Shown piece after piece: positions 29,016 through 38,138 of a stretch of 64,000 bases of DNA. The translations under genes and the position numbers were made by a program. The notes beneath the pieces were generated by a model, which worked only from the letters and a program-made list of their open reading frames with translations, searched no databases and was not told the origin of the DNA. How positions within the stretch are numbered: position 1 is the stretch's first letter; each line of letters starts with the position of its first letter. This stretch comes from Bacteroidota bacterium (lineage in GTDB: Bacteria > Bacteroidota > Ignavibacteria > SZUA-365). The stretch spans positions 35,669 to 99,668 of the forward strand of contig QKAF01000099.1 of the NCBI GenBank assembly GCA_003246455.1, in the 5' to 3' direction.

Positions 29016-30776
29016 TCACAGTGACGCCGTCGCACCGTGTTCCGCCGGTAGCTTCATGATCATCGGGTGGTACTTGGGCGAGATCGTCCCGTAGGACAGG
29101 AGTTCATCGTGGAACGCCTTGAGCGAAAACACATCGCCCGCCTTCTGTTCCGCGCGGCGGCGCAGTTCATTGATTTTGATATTCCCGAAGAAGTAGGTGC
29201 TGAGCTGCGTCGAGGTCAGGCAGGCGCGGCGCCATTTCCCGGCGGCCTCCCCTTCTTCCTGGAATCCTTTTTCCATCATCAGCGCCATGGCTTCGCGTTC
29301 CGTCATTCCCATCGCGTGGATGCGCTGATCGATGATGGCGTTGATCAGCAGACGGAGGTGCATTTTCAGCATCTGCATCTTCAGTTCGAGACCGCCGTAC
29401 CCTTCGTCCGCCATCATCTGTTCACAGTACGTCGCCCAGCCTTCGGCAAAAACGCCGCTGCTCATGACGCTGCGCACCAGCGTGGGGGCCTTGCAGCGGT
29501 TGGCTGCCGCGAGCTGGAGGAAATGGCCGGGGATCGCTTCGTGCACCGTCAGGTTTTTGAGCATGTAGTCGTTGTACTCTCGATAGAACGACTCCTTCCG
29601 CGCAGGGGTCCAGTCTTCCGGCGTGGGACTTATGGCGAAAAAGGTCTTGCCGTTTTTCTCGAGCGCGCCGGGCGAGTCGCAGTACGCCACGGCCACGCCC
29701 CGCTGGAACTCGGGCATGACAATGATTTCTATCGGTTCGGTGGGCATCGTGACCAGGCCTTTGGACGCGACGAAGCCCTCGACCTCCTTGAGATCGGCGC
29801 GGGCCTGATCGACGATGGTCGCGTCGTCCGGACGGTCGTCCGCCAGTCTCGCAAGGACCGAACGGATCAGCACGGAAGGATCCTCGGGGACGGGGACGCC
29901 CGGCATGAGACGGGGGTGCAGGGTCGTGGCGATGCTGCGCATTTTCTCGGTGGTACTCTCGAGATCCACCTCCGCGAGCGCGAGCAGGACATCGGGGTTC
30001 ATGTCCGTGTCGAGACGCAGGTGGAATTTCTTTTCATACAGATCCTTCCCGAGACGGAAGTCCCCGGAGGAGCGCGGCAGCAGATCCGTCTTGAGCCAGT
30101 CGCCGAACGAACGCAGCGCGGCGACAGCCGTGTCGCGCGCGGCGGATACTTCTTTCTGCTGGGCCTCGGGACACTGAGAAATGAACGGCTGCAGTGTTTC
30201 CGTCAGCAGCGCGATGGTTCCGTCGTTCTGCAGGATCGCCGTCTCGGTATGCATCGACGGGGGATGTTTCAGATTGGTCCGCGCCGCATCGAGAAGCGCG
30301 GGGATCGCCCGCAATCGACCAGCCACTGCATCCATTCTCTCGGAGACAGGCGCGAATTCGCGGGCGATGAGCGTATAGATGGCATTGCCCGGGTTGTAGG
30401 CGAGCGGATTCCATTCCCATTCCCGCAGTTCCTGCTGTTCGAACAGACCGGTCTCGAGATTGTGGCGCAGAATGTCGTAATCGATCATATGCTGCGGCGA
30501 AAGGGATTCCACGGCGATACCGCGAAGCGTATCGAGGTATGCCTCATAGAGCGCCCGGTCGGCATCACGGCCTTCGGCGGAATAGTCGTTCAGACGGGCG
30601 TCGAAGCGATGATCCCCGAGCGCGGTCGCATCTTCCGGATGCGTCGCGAGATAGCGTTCGAGAAATCGCGCTGCGACCTGCTCGAAGGCCATATCCTCGG
30701 CGCTGCGCGGATCCCGGCTGCACGAGATGAAAAGGACGAGTGTAAGCGGCAAAAGAAGAAGGTGGCGGTATTGCAT
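29016..30776 (-). CDS. DUF885-family lipoprotein (putative metallopeptidase-like)
   Basis: The ATG at 30774-30776 gives MQYRHLLLLPLTLVLFISCS (lipobox). The HEAIPGHFLQ motif and the ~585 aa length are typical of DUF885. Confidence 0.7.
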   Translation of the reverse strand: MQYRHLLLLPLTLVLFISCSRDPRSAEDMAFEQVAARFLERYLATHPEDATALGDHRFDARLNDYSAEGRDADRALYEAYLDTLRGIAVESLSPQHMIDYDILRHNLETGLFEQQELREWEWNPLAYNPGNAIYTLIAREFAPVSERMDAVAGRLRAIPALLDAARTNLKHPPSMHTETAILQNDGTIALLTETLQPFISQCPEAQQKEVSAARDTAVAALRSFGDWLKTDLLPRSSGDFRLGKDLYEKKFHLRLDTDMNPDVLLALAEVDLESTTEKMRSIATTLHPRLMPGVPVPEDPSVLIRSVLARLADDRPDDATIVDQARADLKEVEGFVASKGLVTMPTEPIEIIVMPEFQRGVAVAYCDSPGALEKNGKTFFAISPTPEDWTPARKESFYREYNDYMLKNLTVHEAIPGHFLQLAAANRCKAPTLVRSVMSSGVFAEGWATYCEQMMADEGYGGLELKMQMLKMHLRLLINAIIDQRIHAMGMTEREAMALMMEKGFQEEGEAAGKWRRACLTSTQLSTYFFGNIKINELRRRAEQKAGDVFSLKAFHDELLSYGTISPKYHPMIMKLPAEHGATASL

Positions 30777-30832
30777 GGGTCTGTCCAGAAGAAAAGAATG
30801 GATCTGTAAAAGTACGGGAATTCCGTGCCGCA

Positions 30833-30910
30833 CTGCAAACGGCCTCGCGCCGCAGTCAGCGGCTCACCGCAAACGGCTGCTCACCGCAAACGGCTGCTCA
30901 CCGCAAACAC
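30833..30910. repeat. 17-bp tandem repeat (GCTCACCGCAAACGGCT), two perfect copies plus two degenerate copies
   Basis: Perfect copies at 30862-30878 and 30879-30895, a partial copy at 30896-30910 and a degenerate copy at about 30833-30845. It lies in the intergenic region upstream of the DUF885 gene. Confidence 0.9.
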
Positions 30911-30968
30911 CGCCGTATCGCGGGGCGCGCGGCTCCGACATGTTGAAATAGATTTTCGGGGTTGAATA

Positions 30969-33743
30969 TCAGCGAATGCGGATGACGACGAGGGTGATGT
31001 CGTCATTCTGCTCGGCGCCGTCGCGGTGCCGCGCGACCTCACTCATGAGCAGATGCTGCAGGTCGGCGGCGGTCATCTGTGCGGCTCCCTTGACCATGGC
31101 GAACACGCGATCCTCTCCGAACTCGTTTTTCTTCATGTCCATTGCTTCGGTGAGACCGTCAGAATAGAGGACGATGAGGCCGTCCGACTTCAGCGGGAAC
31201 ACTTTTTCCTCGAGAGCGCGATCGAACACCTCCCCGGGCTCGAGCCCGAGCCCGATACCCTCGGAACCGAAGAATCCCATGTCCCCGTTCAGCGCCACCA
31301 GCGGCTGGGTGTGTCCCGCGCGGCAAACGGCCACGGTTTCCGTTTCGAAATCGAAAAGGACGAGGATCATGGTTATGAACGAGTTCCGCTCCATTCCTTC
31401 GTAGATCAGGCGGTTCACCTTCATGAGGATCTCTTTCGGCCGATCGTACATCTGCGCGGCGAAGCGGATCATGCCCTGGACCTTCGACATGTAGAGGGCG
31501 GCGGACATTCCCTTGCCGGAAACATCGCCGACCGCCACGAGCAGACGATTTCCCGGCAGTTCGATGTAGTCGTAGTAGTCCCCGCCCACGGTCTGCGCGG
31601 GGATCGATATACCTGAAATATCGAGTTTCTGCGTCCGCGGGTTTTCCTTCGGAAGCAGCCCCTGCTGAATGCGCTGGGCGATGTTCAGCTGCTCGGTGAT
31701 TTTCTGCTTTTCGATTTCCGACCGGTGCAGGCGCGCGTTCTCGATGGCGATCGCGGCCTGGCTCGCGACCGTGGACAGCAGGTCGATGTCTTCCTGCGCA
31801 TACACGTTGCCGCTGAGCTTCGGTCCGACATTGATCGAACCGATCAGGCGGTCCTGGATGAACATGGGCACCATGAGCACCACGCCCGAACGCCTGAGCT
31901 TGTCGCGGTCTTCCATGTCGGTCACGCGGGGATCCTCGTCGAGCAGCACGAAGCTCTGCGGTGCGCGCGTGTTCTTGAGAAGTTCCACGACACCTCCCTC
32001 CCGATGATCGAACACCGAGAGCGTGTCGTCCATGTTCCGCGCGAGCACATGGCATCCTTCGCGTTCGTCGCACAGCGATACTGACACCTTGTCGACATGC
32101 ATGGTCGTCGCGATGCGGTTCACCACGGAGTGGAGGATCTGATCGAGATTCATCTGCCGCGGGAGTTCGCTGCTGAATTCCAGCAGCGCCTTCTGGTAGT
32201 TGTACCGGTCCTGATAAAATACGCGATCGACAAAATCCTGGCTGCGCCGCTTGAGCGGATCGAAGAGCAGGGCGATGACAATGACGGCGATCATAAGCAG
32301 GAGGGTATTGTCCGCTTCTCCCAGCGCATTGCTCAGCAGGCTCCCCAGCCCGAGCACCACGCCGAAGTAGATCGCCGCCAGGGATGCGGTGATGATGGCA
32401 TAGATGATGCTCCGGCGCACGAGCAGGGTCACGTCCATCAGCCGATAGCGGATGATCGAATACCCGAATGCGGGAGGGATGCCGACGACGAGCAGCGCGG
32501 GAAGCAGCAGGTAGGGCTGCAGATACAGCACCAGCGGAATCGTCATGATGAGGATGCGAAGATAGACCAGCACCGCGATGCCGATCAGGGCCGACAGCAG
32601 GATGGGACGCAGCTGATGCCGCTGCTCCGGTTTGATGCTGGAGAAATAGCTGTGTGCGAAAATCGCGAGCCCGCCGAGGAAGTATGTCAGCGGGAAATAC
32701 ACCGCGGTGACGTAGAGCCAGCGCGGCGCTTCGAAACCCCAGAGCCGGAAGATGGACGCGGCGATGATCCCGGCGGCAAGGATGCTGCCTCCGTAGAGCG
32801 CGACGATCACCGCGCGTTTCCCGGCCGCGGCTTTCCGTACGGGGAAATGCAGAAAGAACGTCACGAAAATCGGCGGCGCGAGGATGCGGCTCAGCACCGC
32901 GACGATTACGAGGGATATGACCTTCCATTCCGGATCATGGGGAGATCCGACCGCGAGGAGGAACATGCCGAAGAAGAACAGGACGTGGATGCCGTACCGC
33001 GCAAATTTGCGCTGAATGTCTCCTTCCGGCCGGGCCAGGACGACGAAAAGGCTGACCAGAAGGAAGCCGAAGCCGAGAAGGAATTCGGAGAAATACGTGA
33101 CATTGAAGGTCTTGAGAATGGTGACCGTGAAACGCCGCAGCGTCCCCTTCCGGTCGACGAGGAAGACCGCCCTGCTCCCCGCGGAATGCAGGTTGATCAG
33201 GTACTGCGCGCCATACACATTGTTTACGCTGACGCCGTCGATCCGCAGGAGAATGTCGCCATCCTTCAGGCCGGCCTGTTCCGTTACGCCGCCCGGAACG
33301 ATGTTGGTGACGACGAGCGTCTCGAACATCCTGTCGAAGAGGTAAAGCGGAAGCGGTTCCTCGCCGGACTCGGGTGTCCAGACGATATCCCGCTCTTTAT
33401 GATCGCGCTGGATGCGGAGTCGCACCTGCTTTCCCGGTGCGGCACTCGTGAGAAGCGCCGTCGCCTGCTTTGCCCGGGACACCGGCACTCCATCGACCGC
33501 GAGGAGAATGTCTCCCGGCAGCAGCCCCGCCTTCTCCGTCGAGGACCCCGATTTGATCCGATCCATGTGCACGACGGTGCTGTCGCTGTACAGCTGCTTC
33601 CACTGGCACTGGTCGTTGCTCGGAACGCGCCAGACCATGACGTGCAGGGCGTTGTATCCGGTGACGAGGAGAACGAGAGCCGCGAAGAGAAGATACAGCG
33701 CGCGAATCGATCGGGGCGATATACGATCCTGAAGGGGTTTCAC
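30969..33743 (-). CDS. Membrane sensor phosphatase: TM, 2x PDZ, polytopic TM region, GAF, PP2C/SpoIIE
   Basis: Two PDZ cores (GLLPGDILLAVDGVPV, AGLKDGDILLRIDGVSV) and roughly 8-10 TM helices. A GAF-like segment follows, then PP2C motifs VGGDYYDYIEL, GDVSGKGMSAALYM and NDDITLVVIRI. GTG start. Confidence 0.8.
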   Translation of the reverse strand: MKPLQDRISPRSIRALYLLFAALVLLVTGYNALHVMVWRVPSNDQCQWKQLYSDSTVVHMDRIKSGSSTEKAGLLPGDILLAVDGVPVSRAKQATALLTSAAPGKQVRLRIQRDHKERDIVWTPESGEEPLPLYLFDRMFETLVVTNIVPGGVTEQAGLKDGDILLRIDGVSVNNVYGAQYLINLHSAGSRAVFLVDRKGTLRRFTVTILKTFNVTYFSEFLLGFGFLLVSLFVVLARPEGDIQRKFARYGIHVLFFFGMFLLAVGSPHDPEWKVISLVIVAVLSRILAPPIFVTFFLHFPVRKAAAGKRAVIVALYGGSILAAGIIAASIFRLWGFEAPRWLYVTAVYFPLTYFLGGLAIFAHSYFSSIKPEQRHQLRPILLSALIGIAVLVYLRILIMTIPLVLYLQPYLLLPALLVVGIPPAFGYSIIRYRLMDVTLLVRRSIIYAIITASLAAIYFGVVLGLGSLLSNALGEADNTLLLMIAVIVIALLFDPLKRRSQDFVDRVFYQDRYNYQKALLEFSSELPRQMNLDQILHSVVNRIATTMHVDKVSVSLCDEREGCHVLARNMDDTLSVFDHREGGVVELLKNTRAPQSFVLLDEDPRVTDMEDRDKLRRSGVVLMVPMFIQDRLIGSINVGPKLSGNVYAQEDIDLLSTVASQAAIAIENARLHRSEIEKQKITEQLNIAQRIQQGLLPKENPRTQKLDISGISIPAQTVGGDYYDYIELPGNRLLVAVGDVSGKGMSAALYMSKVQGMIRFAAQMYDRPKEILMKVNRLIYEGMERNSFITMILVLFDFETETVAVCRAGHTQPLVALNGDMGFFGSEGIGLGLEPGEVFDRALEEKVFPLKSDGLIVLYSDGLTEAMDMKKNEFGEDRVFAMVKGAAQMTAADLQHLLMSEVARHRDGAEQNDDITLVVIRIR

Positions 33744-33952
33744 GGGGGCTCTGGCATCAGGCTCCGGTTGAGAGGGGATTCGGGACTGAAAAGTACGGTT
33801 TTTCGCGCTTCATCGAAATGCATAAAAAGTGCATCTTGCCGTTGCGTCCGGATCCGCAGACGAAGGCCGAGGAATCCTCCGCGCGGAACCAGAGTACTGT
33901 ACGCAGAAACGCTGCAACTGTTGCACCGCAGCACGCGGAAGAGAGGTGGAAG

Positions 33953-36439
33953 ATGGAACAACGGCGCATGACGCGATCAATGACGACGGTCCTTCTCGGA
34001 GTGGCCGCAGTCGCCGTACTGGCGGCGGGCATCGTTCTGCTCTATCCCTCCACGCATTCCTACGGGGGACTCTCGCTCCGGGAGGACGCGGCACGCATCG
34101 CCGGTCGAAGCCAGAACCTGCTCGGCGTCATGCACCTCGATTCCGTTGCCTATCACCCCAACACATCTCTCCATTCCAACCCGGCGATTCTCGAACGGAT
34201 GTACTCCCGCTACGGAGCAGCGAAAGCCAACACGCTGATGCGTGGCGGAGTGCCCGGGTATTTCTGGAAGGTCCGCCTGCTCCGGGAGAGTCCCGACGCA
34301 TCGGGCAGGGTGAATCTCTCCACCGACGATGAGGAGTCGATGGTCCAGCGTCTGCTCGGGGGCGATCTGCAGCTGCAGTTCAACGGCAGCGGCGCACTGC
34401 TCATGATCGATTTCCCGATCGAAGACTCCGTCGCGGCCCCGTCCCTCCGCACCTCCTCCGCATATGCGCTCGTTCGATCAATATTGATTCCGCACGCTGA
34501 TCCGGCGCTTCTCGGCCCCCTGGCGACACTCGCCGCCTATCCCGATTCGGCGTCCCCGGCGGGCGCTACCGGGGGAATTCGTCACCAGGAAAGCGTGCAG
34601 TCCAACCGGCGTGATCACCTGTTCAGCTGGACGGTATTCGACAGCGCGCTCGCCGACACGGTGGATGTGCGTGTTGTCGTGAAAGGGAACCTGCTCACGA
34701 CCTTTGACTCCGCGCCGCGTTTTTCCCGTACATTCACCGCGGAGCAGACGGCCGGCATCGCCGACGTATTCGAGGTGGTGTTCTACGTCGTCTTCTCCAT
34801 CATCCTGCTCATCGTGGGATTCCGGCGTCTCCGCGCCTTTGAAATCGGCTTCCGATCCGCCATTTCCATGGCGGTGATCGTCGGCGGACTCTTCGCGATC
34901 TGGTTTTATTTCGAGATCACGAAGCAGATGGAATCGACGCTCGTCATGCTGATACCTCTGCTTATCGCTCCGCTGCTGGTCGGCGGCGTCTTCATTCCCC
35001 TCTGGGCGATCGCCGAAAGTATCGGCCGGGAGACCTGGAAGGAGAAATTCATCCCCTTCGATCTCCTGCGCACCGGCAACCTGCTGCATTCGCGCGTCGG
35101 CCGGTCGCTCCTTCGCGGGACGGTTGCAGGCCTCGTGATGCTTGCAGTGGGCCTCGTCGTCGCGAAACTGGTTTCCGGCCTCGACGCGGTGTGGGTCAGA
35201 AATGCGAGCGGCGACGGGATTCGACTCTTCAGCACCATCCAACCGGGCCTTTTCGTCATCGGCAATGCCATCATATCGAACCTGTTCGGTGTTGCTTTCT
35301 TTCTTGTCGCCATTCTCTCTCTCGCACGGCAAAGAGTGCAGTCCAGGCTGCTGCTGATCGGCGGGGCCGCACTGCTCTTCACGGTCATCGACAATGTCAA
35401 CCTTGTTCCCCTGCCGACCGCGTGGCTGGTCATCCTCCCGGTCATGGTGCTGCTGGTGTGGGTCTTTGCCGAGACAGACGTCCTCACCGCGTTCATCGCC
35501 GCGTTCGTTTTTTCCATGCTCGACAGCGGCGTGGTGATGATGCTCCCGGCGAACCCGGCGTACCATGCCGACGGCATGATGGTCGCGACATTCATCGCGC
35601 TGATTCTCGTCTGGGCGATCGCGGCGATACTGCTTCCTGACCGCGTCAAAGACCTCGATGACATCGCCCCCCGCTTCCAGCGGCACATCACCGAGCGGCA
35701 GCGGCTTTCGCGCGAACTGGAAATCGCTCGCGACGTGCAGATGAGTTTTCTGCCGAAGCAGAATCCCCAGGTACACGGTCTTGACATCGCCTCGCACTGC
35801 GCCCCCGCACTCGAGGTCGGCGGCGATTACTACGATTTCATCGATCTCGGCGAGGGGCGTCTCGGCATTGCGATCGGAGACGTTTCGGGGAAAGGAACGC
35901 AGGCCGCGTTCTATATGACGCTGACCAAGGGATTCCTGCAGGCGCTCGCCGCGCAGCATGATTCTCCGGCCGACGTCCTCGTGGAGATGAATCGGCTGTT
36001 CTACCGGAACGTAGAACGCGGGCATTTCATCAGCATGATATACGCGGTGTTCGATGTCCGCGAACAGTCGCTGCAGATCGCGCGCGCCGGACATTCGCCC
36101 GTCATGCGTCGCTCGGCCGACACGACGGTGGATCTCATACAGTCGCGGGGCATCGCGCTGGGTTTCGAGGCCGGGGAAACCTTCGAGGCAACCATTGAAG
36201 ATGTACGCGTCCCGCTTCGTTCAGGCGACGTCTTCGTGCTCTACACCGACGGATATCCCGAAGCCATGACGCGTTCGCGGGAGGAATACGGGGAAGCCCG
36301 GCTCGCATCCGCACTGCAGAAATTCAGCGGGACGACGGCCGAAGATCTGCTTTCCTATCTCTATCGCGACACCCGGCGATTCACCGGGCGGGCCGAGCAG
36401 CACGATGACATGACGATGGTGGTGGTCCGCATTCCCTGA
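33953..36439 (+). CDS. Membrane sensor phosphatase: TM, ~270-aa extracytoplasmic domain, polytopic TM region, PP2C/SpoIIE
   Basis: ATG at 33953 preceded by GAGGTGGA. PP2C motifs VGGDYYDFIDL, GDVSGKGTQAAFYM and HDDMTMVVVRI. About 10 TM helices lie between aa ~300 and ~590. Confidence 0.8.
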   Translation: MEQRRMTRSMTTVLLGVAAVAVLAAGIVLLYPSTHSYGGLSLREDAARIAGRSQNLLGVMHLDSVAYHPNTSLHSNPAILERMYSRYGAAKANTLMRGGVPGYFWKVRLLRESPDASGRVNLSTDDEESMVQRLLGGDLQLQFNGSGALLMIDFPIEDSVAAPSLRTSSAYALVRSILIPHADPALLGPLATLAAYPDSASPAGATGGIRHQESVQSNRRDHLFSWTVFDSALADTVDVRVVVKGNLLTTFDSAPRFSRTFTAEQTAGIADVFEVVFYVVFSIILLIVGFRRLRAFEIGFRSAISMAVIVGGLFAIWFYFEITKQMESTLVMLIPLLIAPLLVGGVFIPLWAIAESIGRETWKEKFIPFDLLRTGNLLHSRVGRSLLRGTVAGLVMLAVGLVVAKLVSGLDAVWVRNASGDGIRLFSTIQPGLFVIGNAIISNLFGVAFFLVAILSLARQRVQSRLLLIGGAALLFTVIDNVNLVPLPTAWLVILPVMVLLVWVFAETDVLTAFIAAFVFSMLDSGVVMMLPANPAYHADGMMVATFIALILVWAIAAILLPDRVKDLDDIAPRFQRHITERQRLSRELEIARDVQMSFLPKQNPQVHGLDIASHCAPALEVGGDYYDFIDLGEGRLGIAIGDVSGKGTQAAFYMTLTKGFLQALAAQHDSPADVLVEMNRLFYRNVERGHFISMIYAVFDVREQSLQIARAGHSPVMRRSADTTVDLIQSRGIALGFEAGETFEATIEDVRVPLRSGDVFVLYTDGYPEAMTRSREEYGEARLASALQKFSGTTAEDLLSYLYRDTRRFTGRAEQHDDMTMVVVRIP

Positions 36440-36514
36440 CCGCGAAAAACACTTGCCATTTTGCGCAGGTTTCGACAGTTTTCGCCATCATCCAGCGTCA
36501 TCGGAGCATCATCC

Positions 36515-38119
36515 ATGGACAGCGCCCTCCCACTGCCCGATCTGCTCATTGTTCTCGCCTACATTCTCATTGTCATCGGCATCGGCGTGTATTTCTCGCG
36601 CCGCAACGACACGCGTGAGGGCTACTTCCTCGCGGGCCGCAATATCGGCTGGCTGGCGATCGGAGCCTCGCTGTTCGCCACGAACATCTCCAGTGAACAC
36701 CTGCTCGGCCTCGCGGGAACCGGATCGAAATCCGGACTGGCGGTCGGTCATTTCGAATGGCTTGCCGTCGTCATCGTCCTGCTGCTCGGCTGGGTGTTCA
36801 CCCCGTTCTATCTCAAATCCGGCGTCTTCACCATGCCGGAGTTTCTCGAGCGGCGTTACGGTCCGGCCGCGCGCTCCTACCTTTCGATCATTTCCATTGC
36901 TGCATACGTCCTGACGAAGATCTCCATTTCGCTCTATGCAGGGGGTATTCTGCTCCATGCCGTCGTCGGGTGGGACATGTACACTTCCGCGGTGGTCATC
37001 GTGCTCATCACCGGGCTGTATACCGTGCTCGGCGGCCTGAGCGCGGTGATCTACACGGATCTCGTGCAGATGTTCATCCTCATTATCGGCTCCCTCGCGC
37101 TGACATTCATCGGCCTCGATCGTGCCGGCGGATGGGACGCGGTTGTCGCGGCGACCCCGCCCGACTTCTGGCACATGTTCAAACCCATGAGCGATCCGGA
37201 TTTCCCGTGGACGGGGATTGTCTTCGGAGCGCCGATCCTTGGCATCTGGTACTGGTGCACCGATCAGTATATCGTCCAGCGCGTGCTGAGCGCGCGCAAC
37301 CTGGACCAGGCGCAGAGCGGCACCATATTCGCAGGCTTCCTGAAAATCCTGCCCGTGTTCATCCTCGTCCTGCCGGGAGTCATCGGCTACGCCCTTTCCG
37401 ACGGCAGCGTCACCGGCGATCGCAGTTTCGCCTGGCTGGTCACGACGCTGCTCCCGAGCGGTCTGAAGGGCCTGGTGATCGCCGGTCTGCTCGCCGCGCT
37501 GATGTCGTCGCTGAGCGCGATGTTCAATTCCACCTCGACGCTGTTCACCATCGACATCTATCAGAAATGGCGGCCCGGTGCGGATGAGCGCGAGGCGGTC
37601 CGCGTCGGCCGGATGGTCACTGCCGCGATGGTCGTGCTCGGTCTGCTCTGGATTCCGTTCATCGGACTGCTGAGTGATGAACGGATGTATGTGTATCTTC
37701 AGAGTGTGCAGGGATATGTCTCCCCGCCCATCGCCGCGGTTTTTCTTTTCGGACTGTTCTGGCCGCGCGCCAACGCGAAGGGCGCGATGGCCGCGCTGCT
37801 GACGGGACTCGTGCTCGGCGGACTGCGGTTCGTGCTCGAGATTCAGCACAGGATCAGTCCGTTCTCGGACCGATGGCTCGAAACGCTTGCCACGGTCAAT
37901 TTCCTGCACGTCGCGATCGTACTTTTCCTGGTCTCGACCGCGGTGCTCGTCGCCGTCAGCCTGGCGACCGAAGCGCCGCGACGGTGGGATCTCATCAATC
38001 TCACCTGGTCCGATACGCCGCGGATGAAAACCGTTCCGACAATGCAGCGGCGTCTGAATGTCGTGCTTTCGGCACTCCTGGTCACCCTGCTGGGCGGACT
38101 GTGGTGGTTTTTCCGATAA
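36515..38119 (+). CDS. Sodium:solute symporter (SSS/SGLT family)
   Basis: About 13-14 TM helices with an SSS-family pattern (YFLAGRNIGWLAIGASLFATNISSEH..G..G). ATG at 36515. Confidence 0.8.
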   Translation: MDSALPLPDLLIVLAYILIVIGIGVYFSRRNDTREGYFLAGRNIGWLAIGASLFATNISSEHLLGLAGTGSKSGLAVGHFEWLAVVIVLLLGWVFTPFYLKSGVFTMPEFLERRYGPAARSYLSIISIAAYVLTKISISLYAGGILLHAVVGWDMYTSAVVIVLITGLYTVLGGLSAVIYTDLVQMFILIIGSLALTFIGLDRAGGWDAVVAATPPDFWHMFKPMSDPDFPWTGIVFGAPILGIWYWCTDQYIVQRVLSARNLDQAQSGTIFAGFLKILPVFILVLPGVIGYALSDGSVTGDRSFAWLVTTLLPSGLKGLVIAGLLAALMSSLSAMFNSTSTLFTIDIYQKWRPGADEREAVRVGRMVTAAMVVLGLLWIPFIGLLSDERMYVYLQSVQGYVSPPIAAVFLFGLFWPRANAKGAMAALLTGLVLGGLRFVLEIQHRISPFSDRWLETLATVNFLHVAIVLFLVSTAVLVAVSLATEAPRRWDLINLTWSDTPRMKTVPTMQRRLNVVLSALLVTLLGGLWWFFR

Positions 38120-38138
38120 TTCTTCCTGGATTCCTGCA

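Noticed and set aside
30727-30951. 74-aa + strand ORF spanning the 17-bp repeat region
   Set aside because: It overlaps the DUF885 start in antisense. It is repeat-driven and highly basic, with no supporting features.
30969-33743. PDZ-containing site-2 protease (RseP-like)
   Set aside because: The membrane region has no HExxH or LDG motif, and the C-terminus is clearly GAF plus PP2C. It is a phosphatase, not an S2P protease.
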